NCBI GenBank assembly: GCA_037143835.1
Contig: JBAWXY010000003.1
Coordinates: 1-39,893, forward strand
DNA from: Bacteroidota bacterium
Lineage (GTDB): Bacteria; Bacteroidota; Bacteroidia; Bacteroidales; VadinHA17
Direction of reading: 5' to 3'
DNA length: 39,893 nt
Made by a program: the position numbers and the translations under genes. Of this stretch, positions 28,553-39,509 are shown piece after piece; the stretch's first letter is position 1; each line of letters starts with the position of its first letter. Under the pieces are notes generated by a model. That model saw nothing but the letters and a program-made list of their open reading frames with translations, made no database searches and was not told the DNA's origin.

Positions 28553-29962
28553 ATGAAAAAAACAATTATTGCACTTACATTATTATTGTTAATAGGCAAT
28601 GGCGTTTTTGCCCAGAAGACCCTCACAAATGATGAACGCATGGAATGGTGGCGCGAAGCACGGTTCGGAATGTTCATTCACTGGGGTGTTTATGCGTTGC
28701 CTGCCGGTATATGGGACGGTCATCAGATAGGTGGAATCGGCGAATGGATAATGAATCGCAGTAAAATTCCTGTAGCTGATTACCAGCAGATGGCCAGACA
28801 GTTCAATCCGGTTAAATACGACCCCGATGCCTGGGTACGAATGGCAAAGGATGCCGGAATGAAATACATAGTTATTACCTCAAAGCATCACGATGGATTT
28901 GCACTGTTCGGGACAAAAGCCAGTAAATGGAATGTTGTAGATGCCACAGTTTATGGTAAAGATCTCCTTAAACCACTTGCTGAAGCTTGTAAAAAATATG
29001 GTATAAAACTTGGGTTTTATTATTCTCAGGCTCAGGACTGGAATAATCCGGGCGGATCAGCTGCACGCAAACCAACCAAAGAAGGCTGGGCTAATCCTGA
29101 TTCCGCAAGGATTGATGCATATACAAAGACTCACAAAGGGCACTGGGACCCGGCTCAGCAAACAAAAACATTTGCTCAATATATCAATGATGTTGCCGTT
29201 CCCCAGGTGAGAGAGTTGCTTACCAATTATGGAGATCTGGCGGTTCTTTGGTGGGATACACCAACCGATATGACCGATGATGCTGCTACCAAACTCCAGT
29301 CACTGCTAGCTCTTCAGCCTGCAATAGTCACAAACGATCGCCTCAAACGTCCGAATTTCCCCGGTGATCATAAGACACCCGAACAAAGAATACCCAACCT
29401 TAAAGATCTTGACGGTACTGACTGGGAGACATGCATGACAATGAACGGAACCTGGGGTTACAAAAGTTATGATCATAATTATAAAACTCCTGAAACACTT
29501 ATCCGCAACCTTCTGGATATCGCTTCAAAAGGCGGAAACTTTTTATTAAACGTTGGTCCGACAGACCTTGGGGAATTTCCTCAGGAAAGCATTAATATTC
29601 TGGCAAAGATGGGTCAGTGGATGAAGGTAAACGGTGAAGCTGTCTATGGTACAAAAGCAAGTCCCTGGGGCCTTTTTCCATGGGGCCGCTGTACAAAAAA
29701 AGAGACAAAAGTGGGGACAACTCTCTACTTCTCGGTATTTGAATGGCCGGCAGACGGAAAACTGGTAGTACCCGGTTTAACTAACAAAATTATTTCCGCA
29801 AAACTTCTTGCCAGCGAAGTAAAACTTAAAACATCAGCTTCAAAAGATGGCGTTCTGACTGTTTCACTTCCTTCTAAAGCTCCTGATCCAATTGCTTCAG
29901 TTGTGAAAGTTGAAGTGAAAGGAAAGGTTATTAGCAAACTGCCAACCGAAACAAAAAAATAA
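28553..29962 (+). CDS. GH29 alpha-L-fucosidase, secreted
   Basis: WWREARFGMFIHWG, ITSKHHDGF, LWWDTP (nucleophile), WETCMTMNGTWGY and GGNFLLNVGP. Confidence 0.95.
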   Translation: MKKTIIALTLLLLIGNGVFAQKTLTNDERMEWWREARFGMFIHWGVYALPAGIWDGHQIGGIGEWIMNRSKIPVADYQQMARQFNPVKYDPDAWVRMAKDAGMKYIVITSKHHDGFALFGTKASKWNVVDATVYGKDLLKPLAEACKKYGIKLGFYYSQAQDWNNPGGSAARKPTKEGWANPDSARIDAYTKTHKGHWDPAQQTKTFAQYINDVAVPQVRELLTNYGDLAVLWWDTPTDMTDDAATKLQSLLALQPAIVTNDRLKRPNFPGDHKTPEQRIPNLKDLDGTDWETCMTMNGTWGYKSYDHNYKTPETLIRNLLDIASKGGNFLLNVGPTDLGEFPQESINILAKMGQWMKVNGEAVYGTKASPWGLFPWGRCTKKETKVGTTLYFSVFEWPADGKLVVPGLTNKIISAKLLASEVKLKTSASKDGVLTVSLPSKAPDPIASVVKVEVKGKVISKLPTETKK

Positions 29963-29969
29963 AACAAAA

Positions 29970-30298
29970 ATGAACAAACGAATGAAGAACAAAAGATTCT
30001 TTAATTGTTCGGCATTTCTTTTAATTTTCACATTGAATTCAACCTGCAGCTTTTCCGGGACAATAAAAGTAAACACCCTAGCCTCCCTGCAGCAGGCTAT
30101 TAACAATGCCAGTCCAGACGATCGGATCATTGTTGCCAATGGCGTCTATACCACCAATGAAAGTATCCTGATTTCAAAACAGGGACTAACCGTATAGAAA
30201 CAGGTGCTACACATTGTATTATAACACGTAATGTTTTCGAATGTGCACCGGCAGGTTCACCGGGGAAAAAACAGAGAGCAAATCGGGTAATATGTTAA
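29970..30298 (+). pseudogene. Truncated polysaccharide lyase family 6 (chondroitinase B/alginate lyase-like beta-helix) remnant
   Basis: Signal peptide plus VNTLASLQQAINNASPDDRIIVANGVY; after a frameshift near 30185, RIETGATHCIITRNVFEC, then a stop at 30296-30298. Confidence 0.7.
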
Positions 30299-30375
30299 TA
30301 TTCAATACTAAAACAAATGAAAAGATTCAGATCATCCCTGGCAATCTGTAACATAAATTACAATAAAAAGCACTT

Positions 30376-30409
30376 TTTGTTTGATATATTAAAAATATAG
30401 ATACATTTG
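30376..30409 (+). promoter_or_regulatory. sigmaA promoter of the ilv-leu operon
   Basis: TACATTTG (30402-30409) matches TAnnTTTG; TTTG at 30376-30379 and 30380-30383. Confidence 0.7.
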
Positions 30410-30431
30410 TCCGTCAATTTATAATAAAACA

Positions 30432-30491
30432 ATGAGAATATCTTTAATCCATATTATTGCCCTCATCCTCATTCTTGCCAAGCGCACATGA
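30432..30491 (+). CDS. ilv-leu operon leader peptide MRISLIHIIALILILAKRT (19 aa)
   Basis: 6 Ile and 4 Leu codons in 19; lies between the promoter and the terminator hairpin upstream of ilvD. Confidence 0.85.
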   Translation: MRISLIHIIALILILAKRT

Positions 30492-30554
30492 CCGGGAATA
30501 ATATGTATTACTATAAACATACAGAAGCTTTCCGGGAAACCGGGAAGCTTTTTT
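30492..30554 (+). terminator. Transcription attenuator (antiterminator plus terminator)
   Basis: Terminator AAGCTTTCCGG-GAAA-CCGGGAAGCTT-TTTT (30525-30554). CCGGGAA at 30492-30498 duplicates the 3' arm and can sequester the 5' arm. Confidence 0.85.
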
Positions 30555-30574
30555 ATTAATATGATTTTTATACT

Positions 30575-32401
30575 ATGAAGAATCCTCTCAGGAGCTCAAA
30601 GACAACAACCGGCAGAATAATGGCAGGGGCCAGAAGTCTGTGGCGCGCCAACGGGATGAAGGAAGAACAATTTGGGAAACCGGTTATTGCTATTGTCAAC
30701 TCATTTTCACAATTTGTCCCCGGACATGTTCACCTGCATGAAATTGGCCAGGTAGTTAAAAAAGAGATTGAAAAGAGGGGCCTTTTTGCCGCAGAGTTCA
30801 ATACAATAGCTATCGATGACGGCATTGCAATGGGGCATGCAGGTATGCTCTATTCCCTTCCTTCAAGGGAACTTATAGCTGATAGTATCGAATATGTATG
30901 CAATGCTCATCTCGCCGATGCAATGATCTGTATAAGTAATTGCGATAAGATCACCCCTGGGATGCTTATGGCAGCTATGAGACTTAACATACCTGCAGTT
31001 TTTGTATCGGGAGGACCAATGGAAGCAGGCCTTCTTAAAAACAAATATCTTGACCTTGTTGATGCAATGGTTGCGGCTGCCGACAATAGTATAAGTGATA
31101 AAGATCTTAATGATATTGAGAAATCTGCCTGTCCTACCTGTGGATCTTGTTCAGGCATGTTCACCGCGAACTCAATGAATTGTCTTAATGAAGCCCTGGG
31201 GCTTGCACTTCCCGGAAATGGAACAATTGTTGCCACCCACCGGAACCGGGTGAAGCTGTTTGAAAGGGCTGCAGGATTAATAGTAGATCTGGCAAACAGA
31301 TATTACAATGAAGGTGATGAGTCGGTTCTGCCACGCTCTATAGCAACCAGAGAGGCATTTATGAATGCAATGTCGCTCGATATAGCAATGGGTGGATCTA
31401 CTAACACAGTGTTACATCTTCTTGCTATAGCTCATGAGGCGGAAGTTGATTTTACAATGAAAGATATCGATGAACTTTCCCGCAAAATTCCCAATATCTG
31501 CAAGGTGTCACCAAGTTCACAATATCATGTGCAGGATGTTAACCGTGCAGGAGGAATTTTATCAATAATGGGAGAACTGGAACGCAGTAACCTGATAAAC
31601 AGCTCTGTAAAACGGGTAGACTATCCAACTCTTCATGATGCTATTTCCGACTGGGATATACAGGGTGGAAAGGCGCAACATGTTGCTTTTGATTTTTTCA
31701 GTAGCGCCCCTTCATTGGAAAAAAGCTTTGTTATGGGTTCTCATAATACCAGCTACAAAGACCTTGACACCGACAGGGAGAATGGATGCATCCGGTCTGT
31801 AGATCATCCCTACAGCAAAGATGGCGGTTTGGCTGTACTTTATGGGAATATTGCACGAAAGGGGTGTATAGTTAAAACCGCAGGTATTGATGCATCGCTG
31901 TTTTCATTCACCGGTAACACGGTGATATTCGAATCGCAGGAAGATGCGGTTGACGGAATCCTGAAAGGGGACGTTAAGGCCGGTGATGTAGTTGTTATAA
32001 GATACGAAGGTCCTAAAGGTGGCCCGGGTATGCAGGAGATGCTTTACCCTACTTCATATCTGAAATCAAAGGGGCTCGGTAAAAAATGTGCACTTATAAC
32101 TGATGGCCGGTTTTCCGGAGGTACTTCAGGCTTGTCGATCGGGCATGTCTCTCCTGAAGCTGCAGCAGGAGGGGAATTGGCATTAGTCAGAACAGGAGAT
32201 CAAATTAAAATAGATATTCCCGGCAGAAAAATAAATGTTGTATTAACTGAGAATGAACTTAAAAAAAGAGAGAAAGAGGAGAAATTAAAAGGCGACCGGG
32301 CTTATAAACCAAAAACACGTAACCGGGAAATCCCTTCTTCGCTGAAAGCATATGCAGCAAATGTAAGTTCAGCAGATCTTGGCGCTGTCAGGTTGATTTA
32401 A
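30575..32401 (+). CDS. ilvD: Dihydroxy-acid dehydratase
   Basis: [53 protein letters not shown] and TDGRFSGG. Confidence 0.98.
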   Translation: MKNPLRSSKTTTGRIMAGARSLWRANGMKEEQFGKPVIAIVNSFSQFVPGHVHLHEIGQVVKKEIEKRGLFAAEFNTIAIDDGIAMGHAGMLYSLPSRELIADSIEYVCNAHLADAMICISNCDKITPGMLMAAMRLNIPAVFVSGGPMEAGLLKNKYLDLVDAMVAAADNSISDKDLNDIEKSACPTCGSCSGMFTANSMNCLNEALGLALPGNGTIVATHRNRVKLFERAAGLIVDLANRYYNEGDESVLPRSIATREAFMNAMSLDIAMGGSTNTVLHLLAIAHEAEVDFTMKDIDELSRKIPNICKVSPSSQYHVQDVNRAGGILSIMGELERSNLINSSVKRVDYPTLHDAISDWDIQGGKAQHVAFDFFSSAPSLEKSFVMGSHNTSYKDLDTDRENGCIRSVDHPYSKDGGLAVLYGNIARKGCIVKTAGIDASLFSFTGNTVIFESQEDAVDGILKGDVKAGDVVVIRYEGPKGGPGMQEMLYPTSYLKSKGLGKKCALITDGRFSGGTSGLSIGHVSPEAAAGGELALVRTGDQIKIDIPGRKINVVLTENELKKREKEEKLKGDRAYKPKTRNREIPSSLKAYAANVSSADLGAVRLI

Positions 32402-32404
32402 TAA

Positions 32405-32534
32405 CAACTAAGTACCAAGAACCCATCACCAATTTAAAGACAAAAGACAAAAGTAAAAAGATAAAAGTAGTTATTAATTCCCCTCCCTGGAGGGGTTAGG
32501 GGTGGGTTAAAAATGAAATAAAAGACAAAAGATA
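32405..32534. repeat. Composite intergenic repeat: two 7-bp arrays plus a nested REP-like palindrome
   Basis: CAACTAA GTACCAA GAACCCA TCACCAA (32405-32432); AAAGACA AAAGACA AAAGTAA AAAGATA AAAGTAG (32436-32470); CCCCTCC-CT-GGAGGGG-TTAGGGGTGGGTT (32480-32508); AAAGACA AAAGATA (32521-32534). Confidence 0.8.
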
Positions 32535-32538
32535 ATAT

Positions 32539-34278
32539 ATGAAGACTGAAAAGGAAACAGAACACACAATCGTACAAGTCAATGGACAGGAACATATTAC
32601 AGGAGCAGATGCTCTTTTACAATGCCTGATTGAGGAGGGGGTTGATACTATTTTTGGTTATCCCGGCGGGGCTATAATGCCTGTCTATGACGCGCTTCTC
32701 GATTACGAAGGAAAGCTCCGGCACATTCTTACCCGTCATGAACAGGGAGCAGCTCATGCAGCTCAGGCTTATTCAATGGTTACCGGCAAACCGGGTATTT
32801 GCTTTGCTACGTCAGGGCCAGGTGCTACTAATCTTGTAACCGGAATTGCCAATGCCTTTCTTGATTCTGTCCCGGTTGTGTTTATAACAGCCCAGGTAGT
32901 ATCTAATCTTATCGGTACAGATGCATTCCAGGAGACTGATATTATCGGAGTCTCGATGCCGGTAACTAAATGGAACTGCCAGGTAAAAAAATCACAGGAT
33001 ATACCTGATACAATTGCAAAAGCGTTTTATATCGCAAAATCAGGTCGCCCCGGACCGGTTCTGATTGATATAACAAAAGATGCCCAGCTTGAAAAACTTA
33101 ATTTCAAGTACAAAAAATGTGACTATATCAGGAGTTATAATCCGAGTATTCCTTTGCATACCAAGGCAATCGAATCAGCTGCGATCATGATCAACCATGC
33201 CGAAAGGCCTCTGATTCTTGCCGGACATGGAGTGCTTCTGTCAAGAGCAGAAAACGAACTGAAGGTATTTGCAGAAAAAACAGGAATCCCTGTTGCATCA
33301 ACTTTACTGGGTCTCTCAGCATTCCCTTCCGATCACCGTTTGTTCGCAGGAATGCTTGGCATGCATGGCAACTACGGACCAAATCTTCTTACAAATGAAG
33401 CTGATCTCATTATAGCAATCGGAATGCGTTTCGATGACCGTGTTACCGGGAATCTTAAGAAATATGCAAAAAAAGCAACTATAATACATATTGAGATCGA
33501 TGAGGCTGAGATAAATAAAAATGTCCTGGTTGATGTCGAAATAAATAATGATGCAAAGGAGGTACTTAAGTATCTCATCCCGTTGGTTAAAGAGAACTCT
33601 TTTGAAAAATGGATCAGGGAATTCCGGATTTGTGATAAGACTGAATATGAAAAAGTTATTAAACCAGAGACGAAACCTGAGACAGGTGAAATAAGAATGG
33701 GTGAGGTTGTCCGACTGGTATCTGATCTGACCAAGGGTGAGGCAATAGTTGTTACAGACGTAGGACAGAACCAGATGTATGCTGCCCGTTATTATAAATT
33801 TACTCACCCAAACAGCTTTGTCACTTCAGGTGGAATGGGAACAATGGGATTCGGCCTTCCTGCAGGAATAGGTGCTAAAATAGGGAATCCGGATAAAACT
33901 ATAGTTACTTTCATTGGAGATGGCGGTTTCCAGATGACTATTCAGGAATTGGGAACAATTTTACAGTATGGTATACCTGTTAAAATTATTATCCTTAATA
34001 ATATTTACCTGGGTATGGTGCGTCAATGGCAGGATATGTTTTTCAAGAAAAGATATGCTTCGACAGAATTGATAAATCCCGATTTCGTAATGATAGCTAA
34101 TGGCTTTAGCATTCCGGCAAAAAGGGTTTCGGAGAGAGAAGATCTCAAAGATTCCCTGATAGAAATGCTTGATGCAAAAGGACCTTACCTGCTTGACATA
34201 AAAGTCGAGAAAGAAGGAAATGTCTTTCCAATGATAGAACCCGGATCATCCGTTTCCGAAGTAAGACTAACTTATTGA
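32539..34278 (+). CDS. ilvB: Acetolactate synthase large subunit
   Basis: [37 protein letters not shown] and the GDGGFQM...NN ThDP motif. Confidence 0.98.
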   Translation: MKTEKETEHTIVQVNGQEHITGADALLQCLIEEGVDTIFGYPGGAIMPVYDALLDYEGKLRHILTRHEQGAAHAAQAYSMVTGKPGICFATSGPGATNLVTGIANAFLDSVPVVFITAQVVSNLIGTDAFQETDIIGVSMPVTKWNCQVKKSQDIPDTIAKAFYIAKSGRPGPVLIDITKDAQLEKLNFKYKKCDYIRSYNPSIPLHTKAIESAAIMINHAERPLILAGHGVLLSRAENELKVFAEKTGIPVASTLLGLSAFPSDHRLFAGMLGMHGNYGPNLLTNEADLIIAIGMRFDDRVTGNLKKYAKKATIIHIEIDEAEINKNVLVDVEINNDAKEVLKYLIPLVKENSFEKWIREFRICDKTEYEKVIKPETKPETGEIRMGEVVRLVSDLTKGEAIVVTDVGQNQMYAARYYKFTHPNSFVTSGGMGTMGFGLPAGIGAKIGNPDKTIVTFIGDGGFQMTIQELGTILQYGIPVKIIILNNIYLGMVRQWQDMFFKKRYASTELINPDFVMIANGFSIPAKRVSEREDLKDSLIEMLDAKGPYLLDIKVEKEGNVFPMIEPGSSVSEVRLTY

Positions 34279-34296
34279 TAATGATAATAATATACT

Positions 34297-34857
34297 ATGA
34301 AACAGGAATTTACAATATCGCTTTTCACCGAGGATCATATAGGGATCCTGGGACAGATAACAATAATATTAACCCGAAGGCAGATAAATATTGATAGTAT
34401 TACTGCCTCGGAATCAGCAGTAAAAGGGGTACAGCTTCTCACGATCGTTGTAAAGACAACAAGTGAGATGGTACAGAAAGTGGCAAGACAAATGGAAAAA
34501 CTGGTTGATGTCTTAAAGGTTTTTGTACATACATCCGACCAGATTATTTACCAGGAGATTGCCCTGTTTAAGGTTTCAACAAAGGGGTTGATGTCAGGGA
34601 ACATTATTGATCATGTTGTCCGTACTCATCATGCCCGTATTCTCGAGGTTTCACCAGAATACATAGTGATTGAAAAAACAGGTCACAAGACAGAGATAAC
34701 TGAATTACTTACTCAGCTTGAGCCTTACGGTGTGTTACAGTTTGTAAGGTCAGGAAGGGTAGCTATAACAAAACAGGTTAAAGAGTTGAATTCATATCTG
34801 AAGGAGATGGATGAAGCGAATCGCTACAAACCTGAAACAATGGAAGTACTTAATTAA
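34297..34857 (+). CDS. ilvN: Acetolactate synthase small (regulatory) subunit
   Basis: ACT domain (RRQINIDSIT, KLVDVLKV), EIALFKV and VRSGRVAI; follows ilvB. Confidence 0.95.
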   Translation: MKQEFTISLFTEDHIGILGQITIILTRRQINIDSITASESAVKGVQLLTIVVKTTSEMVQKVARQMEKLVDVLKVFVHTSDQIIYQEIALFKVSTKGLMSGNIIDHVVRTHHARILEVSPEYIVIEKTGHKTEITELLTQLEPYGVLQFVRSGRVAITKQVKELNSYLKEMDEANRYKPETMEVLN

Positions 34858-34879
34858 TACATATTAAAAATTTAAGATC

Positions 34880-35929
34880 ATGGCAAAAATTGATTTTGGC
34901 GGAGTAGTTGAAAATGTAGTAACAAGAGAAGAGTTTCCACTTTCAAAAGCCCGCGAAGTTCTTAAAAATGAGATCGTAGCAGTAATCGGTTATGGTGTTC
35001 AGGGACCTGCCCAGGCTTTAAACATGAAGGATAACGGCATCAATGTAATTATCGGACAGGCTCCTGAGTTTAAAGCTGATTGGGATAAAGCCGTTGCTGA
35101 TGGTTTTGTGCCGGGTAAAACATTGTTCCCTATTGAAGAAGCTGCAAAAAAAGGTACTATCATCCAATATCTGGTATCAGATGCAGCACAACGTATAATT
35201 TGGCCAAAACTGAAACTATGCCTTAAGAAAGGAGATGCACTCTATTTCTCACATGGATTTTCAATCACCTATAAGGAACACACAGGAGTGATACCTCCTT
35301 CAAATGTTGATGTTATCATGGTTGCACCCAAAGGTTCAGGAACAAGTGTAAGACGGAATTTCCTTGCAGGTGCCGGAATCAATTCAAGCTATTCAGTTTT
35401 TCAGGATTTTACCGGAAAAGCAGAAGAACGTACAATTGCTTTGGGTATTGTTATCGGCTCAGGATACCTGTTCCCGACAACTTTTGAAAAGGAAGTTTTC
35501 AGTGATCTGACAGGTGAGCGCGGAGTATTAATGGGGGCGCTTGCTGGCATAATGGATGCCCAGTATCAGGTACTTCGTGAGAATGGTCACAGTCCATCTG
35601 AAGCATTTAATGAAACAGTCGAAGAATTAACACAGAGTTTAATCCGTCTGGTTGACGAAAATGGGATGGACTGGATGTATTCAAACTGCAGTGCAACAGC
35701 ACAGCGTGGAGCACTCGACTGGCGTCCGAAATTCAAAGCGGCAACTCTTCCTGTTTTCACTGACCTGTATAAGAAAGTCAAATCAGGCGAAGAATGTGTA
35801 AGAGTTCTTCAATCAACAGGTGCAACCAATTATAAATCAGTACTCGATGCTGAACTGAAAGAACTTGGTGATTCTGAAATGTGGAGAGCAGGTGCTGCGG
35901 TGAGAAAACTCAGACCATTGAAAAAATAA
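34880..35929 (+). CDS. ilvC: Ketol-acid reductoisomerase
   Basis: [33 protein letters not shown] and [13 protein letters not shown]. Confidence 0.98.
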   Translation: MAKIDFGGVVENVVTREEFPLSKAREVLKNEIVAVIGYGVQGPAQALNMKDNGINVIIGQAPEFKADWDKAVADGFVPGKTLFPIEEAAKKGTIIQYLVSDAAQRIIWPKLKLCLKKGDALYFSHGFSITYKEHTGVIPPSNVDVIMVAPKGSGTSVRRNFLAGAGINSSYSVFQDFTGKAEERTIALGIVIGSGYLFPTTFEKEVFSDLTGERGVLMGALAGIMDAQYQVLRENGHSPSEAFNETVEELTQSLIRLVDENGMDWMYSNCSATAQRGALDWRPKFKAATLPVFTDLYKKVKSGEECVRVLQSTGATNYKSVLDAELKELGDSEMWRAGAAVRKLRPLKK

Positions 35930-35951
35930 TCTTTTACAAACAACTTATAAT

Positions 35952-37445
35952 ATGGACGATAAGGTAATTATTTTCGATACCACCCTCAGGGATGGAGAAC
36001 AGGTACCCGGTTGCCAGTTAAATACAATTGAAAAGATTGAGGTGGCCCAGGCACTTGAAGCTCTTGGTGTCGATGTTATTGAAGCCGGCTTTCCCATTTC
36101 AAGCCCCGGAGACTTTAAATCGGTGGTCGAAATATCGAAGGCTATTTCAAACCCTGTGATCTGCGCACTTACCCGGGCCGTCAAAAAAGATATTGAAGTG
36201 GCAGCTGAAGCTCTTCAATATGCAAAAAGGAAAAGGATACATACAGGAATCGGCACCTCCCCTTTTCATATAAAATACAAGATCAAAACAACTCCCGAAG
36301 AAATCCTGAAAAGGGCTGCGGATGCAGTTAAATACGCCAGAAAATTTGTGGATGATGTGGAATTCTATGCCGAGGATGCAGGACGAAGTGAGAACGAATA
36401 CCTTGCAAAGGTTATCGAAGCTGTAATAAAGGCAGGTGCTACTGTTGTAAATATTCCTGATACAACTGGTTACTGTCTGCCTGAGGAATACGGAGAGAAG
36501 ATCAGGTATCTCAGAGAAAATGTTCCTAATATCGACAAAGCCATTATCTCAACCCATTGTCATAACGATCTTGGAATGGCAACAGCCAATACCATGATGG
36601 GTGTTATAAATGGTGCAAGACAGGTTGAAGTGACAATTAATGGCATTGGTGAAAGAGCCGGTAACACAGCTCTCGAGGAGATAGCAATGATTATTAAGAG
36701 TCACCATGATCTTAAATTAAGAACCGATATTAACACAAAACTGATTTTCAGTACAAGCCGGCTGGTTTCAAACCTCATGAGCATGCCCGTCCAGGCTAAC
36801 AAAGCTATAGTAGGAAGAAACGCATTTGCTCATTCTTCGGGTATTCATCAGGATGGTGTTCTGAAAAACAGGGAAAACTATGAGATCATTGATCCTGTTG
36901 AAGTCGGAATACGGGAGTCTTCAATAATCCTTACCGCCCGTAGTGGCAGGGCTGCTCTGAATCATCGTCTTGAACTGCTCGGATTCAAATTTGGGAAAGA
37001 GGAAATTGACGATATTTACCATCGCTTTCTTACTCTGGCAGATAAAAAGAAAGAGATCAACGATGAAGATATCAGAATACTTGCCGGTGTCGTTTTCCAG
37101 GGAGAAAAATCACTTAAGCTCGATCTCCTGCAGGTCTCTTGTGGAAAATCATTAATTCCTGTAGCAACTGTCGGTATGAAAATTAATGGTGAAGTCCATT
37201 TCTCAACATCATCCGGTAACGGACCAATTGATGCGGCTTTTACAGCTGTTAAACACCTGATAAGCAAAACAGTGCATCTCGAAGAATTCCTGATTCAGGC
37301 AATAACTAAAGGCAGCGACGATCTCGGTAAGGTTCATATACAGGTTGAACACCAGGGAAAGATGTATTACGGTTTCTCTGCTAATACCGATATTATTACT
37401 GCTTCGGTTGAAGCCTTCATCGATGCTATTGCAAAAATACAATAG
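35952..37445 (+). CDS. leuA: 2-isopropylmalate synthase
   Basis: [35 protein letters not shown] and the C-terminal regulatory domain (GNGPIDA). Confidence 0.97.
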   Translation: MDDKVIIFDTTLRDGEQVPGCQLNTIEKIEVAQALEALGVDVIEAGFPISSPGDFKSVVEISKAISNPVICALTRAVKKDIEVAAEALQYAKRKRIHTGIGTSPFHIKYKIKTTPEEILKRAADAVKYARKFVDDVEFYAEDAGRSENEYLAKVIEAVIKAGATVVNIPDTTGYCLPEEYGEKIRYLRENVPNIDKAIISTHCHNDLGMATANTMMGVINGARQVEVTINGIGERAGNTALEEIAMIIKSHHDLKLRTDINTKLIFSTSRLVSNLMSMPVQANKAIVGRNAFAHSSGIHQDGVLKNRENYEIIDPVEVGIRESSIILTARSGRAALNHRLELLGFKFGKEEIDDIYHRFLTLADKKKEINDEDIRILAGVVFQGEKSLKLDLLQVSCGKSLIPVATVGMKINGEVHFSTSSGNGPIDAAFTAVKHLISKTVHLEEFLIQAITKGSDDLGKVHIQVEHQGKMYYGFSANTDIITASVEAFIDAIAKIQ

Positions 37446-37448
37446 AAG

Positions 37449-37480
37449 AATTTGAAAAATTGAAAACTTGAAAATTTGAA
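37449..37480. repeat. 8-bp tandem array filling the leuA-leuC gap
   Basis: AATTTGAA AAATTGAA AACTTGAA AATTTGAA. Confidence 0.85.
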
Positions 37481-38900
37481 AGCGAACACACTTTTTGATA
37501 AAATCTGGGATGGACATGTGGTACATTCCATTGAAGATGGTCCGGATGTTCTCTACATCGACCGGCATTACATACACGAAGTTACAAGTCCTCAGGCATT
37601 TAATGGTCTGAGAGAACGGGGTATTTCTGTTTTCAGGCCCGGCAAAACAATCGCAACAGCCGATCATAACATACCGACTAAAGACCAGCATCTTCAGATC
37701 CGTGACCAATTATCCCATAACCAGGTTGAGAGACTGAGCGAAAATTGCAGGAAACATGGAATAGAGTTGTTCGGCCTGAACCATCCAAAAAACGGGATTG
37801 TACATGTTATTGGTCCCGAGCTGGGTTACACCCTCCCCGGAATGACAATCGTTTGTGGTGACAGTCATACTTCGACTCATGGCGCATTTGGGACGATAGC
37901 ATTCGGTATCGGAACAAGTGAAGTTGAGATGGTTCTGGCAACCCAGTGCATACTTCAGCCTAAACCCAAAAAGATGAGAATTACCGTAAATGGTTTTCTC
38001 GGGAAGGGAGTGACTTCTAAAGATATTATAATGTATATCATCTCAGAGATTTCAACAGGCGGGGCAACCGGCTATTTTGTAGAGTATAGCGGTTCTGCAA
38101 TAACAAGTCTGAGCATGGAAGCCAGAATGACAATTTGCAATATGAGCATTGAAATGGGAGCACGTGGTGGATTAATAGCACCTGATGAAACTACTTTCGA
38201 TTATCTGAGAAAACTTCCTTCAATACCCGGAATAGACAACCTGGAATCATCTGTTAATCAGTGGAAAAACCTTAAAAGTGATACTGATGCCTCCTTCGAC
38301 CATGAATTGGAATTTGATGCCGGTTTAATCAAACCTATGATCACTTATGGAACTAACCCCGGTATGGGAATGGCAATCGACGGGTCAATTCCAATGTCAG
38401 AAGAAAAAAATAGTGAAGCATCTTCATCATTTTTAAAATCACTTGATTATATGGGTTTTAAACCCGGAATGAAACTTCTTGGTCACCCCATAGATTATGT
38501 ATTTATAGGGAGTTGCACAAATGGAAGGATCGAAGACTTCCGGGCATTTGCACAAATCATCAGGGGACGAAAAAAAGCCGCTAATATCACAGCATTGATC
38601 GTTCCAGGCTCAAAAAAGGTTGAGGAACAAATGGCTTCTGAAGGTTTGATAGAAGTATTTAAAAATGCAGGCTTCGAAGTGAGACAACCTGGTTGTTCCT
38701 CCTGTCTCGCGATGAACGAAGATAAGATACCTCAGGGGAAATATACGGTTTCAACTTCAAACAGAAACTTTGAGGGAAGACAGGGCCCGGGTGCAAGGAC
38801 CTTACTTGCAAGTCCTTTTACAGCTGCTGCGGCAGCAATAACCGGAAAGATATCCGATCCCCGTGAATTTATTACCGAAGAAAAAAACGTCAAAATATAA
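37476..38900 (+). CDS. leuC: 3-isopropylmalate dehydratase large subunit (TTG start)
   Basis: [49 protein letters not shown] and NRNFEGRQG. Confidence 0.97.
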   Translation: MKANTLFDKIWDGHVVHSIEDGPDVLYIDRHYIHEVTSPQAFNGLRERGISVFRPGKTIATADHNIPTKDQHLQIRDQLSHNQVERLSENCRKHGIELFGLNHPKNGIVHVIGPELGYTLPGMTIVCGDSHTSTHGAFGTIAFGIGTSEVEMVLATQCILQPKPKKMRITVNGFLGKGVTSKDIIMYIISEISTGGATGYFVEYSGSAITSLSMEARMTICNMSIEMGARGGLIAPDETTFDYLRKLPSIPGIDNLESSVNQWKNLKSDTDASFDHELEFDAGLIKPMITYGTNPGMGMAIDGSIPMSEEKNSEASSSFLKSLDYMGFKPGMKLLGHPIDYVFIGSCTNGRIEDFRAFAQIIRGRKKAANITALIVPGSKKVEEQMASEGLIEVFKNAGFEVRQPGCSSCLAMNEDKIPQGKYTVSTSNRNFEGRQGPGARTLLASPFTAAAAAITGKISDPREFITEEKNVKI

Positions 38901-38906
38901 TCTGAT

Positions 38907-39509
38907 ATGTCAAAAATTAAATTTGATATTCTCGAGTCAACCTGTGTTCCACTACCATTTGAAAATGTGGATACCGATCAGATTATCCCGGCAAGATTTT
39001 TAAGCGCTACTTCAAGGGAAGGCTTCGGAGACAATCTTTTCCGCGACTGGAGATATTTGAAAACAGGTGAGAAAAACAGTGATTTTATTCTGAATAATCC
39101 AAAATTCAGCGGTAAGGTCCTGGTTGCCGGAAAAAATTTCGGGAGCGGATCTAGCCGTGAACATGCCGTCTGGGCTATCTTTGACTATGGATTCAGGGCA
39201 GTGGTATCGAGCTTTTTCGCCGATATTTTCATGAATAATTCACTTAATAATGGACTTCTACCTGTTGTAATATCAGAAGAACTTCTTATAAAACTTCAGG
39301 ACCTGATACAAAAGAACCCCGCCACAAAAGTCAAAATAGATCTTGAAAAACAGATATTTACAATAATTCCTACCGGAGATTCCGTCAGATTCGGGATCAA
39401 TCCTTATAAGAAAGAATGTCTTCTCAAAGGACTCGATGATATCGATTTCCTTTTGAGTATGAAAAGTTTAATAACTGGTTATGAGAACAATAAAAACCTG
39501 GAAAAATGA
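38907..39509 (+). CDS. leuD: 3-isopropylmalate dehydratase small subunit
   Basis: NVDTDQIIPARFL, NFGSGSSREHA and FADIF. Confidence 0.98.
   Translation: MSKIKFDILESTCVPLPFENVDTDQIIPARFLSATSREGFGDNLFRDWRYLKTGEKNSDFILNNPKFSGKVLVAGKNFGSGSSREHAVWAIFDYGFRAVVSSFFADIFMNNSLNNGLLPVVISEELLIKLQDLIQKNPATKVKIDLEKQIFTIIPTGDSVRFGINPYKKECLLKGLDDIDFLLSMKSLITGYENNKNLEK

Noticed and set aside
2412-37709. Many short antisense or alternate-frame ORFs inside long genes (e.g. 2497-3183, 5798-6349, 27474-28064, 33316-33807, 37209-37709)
   Set aside because: They overlap well-supported genes and show no recognisable domains.
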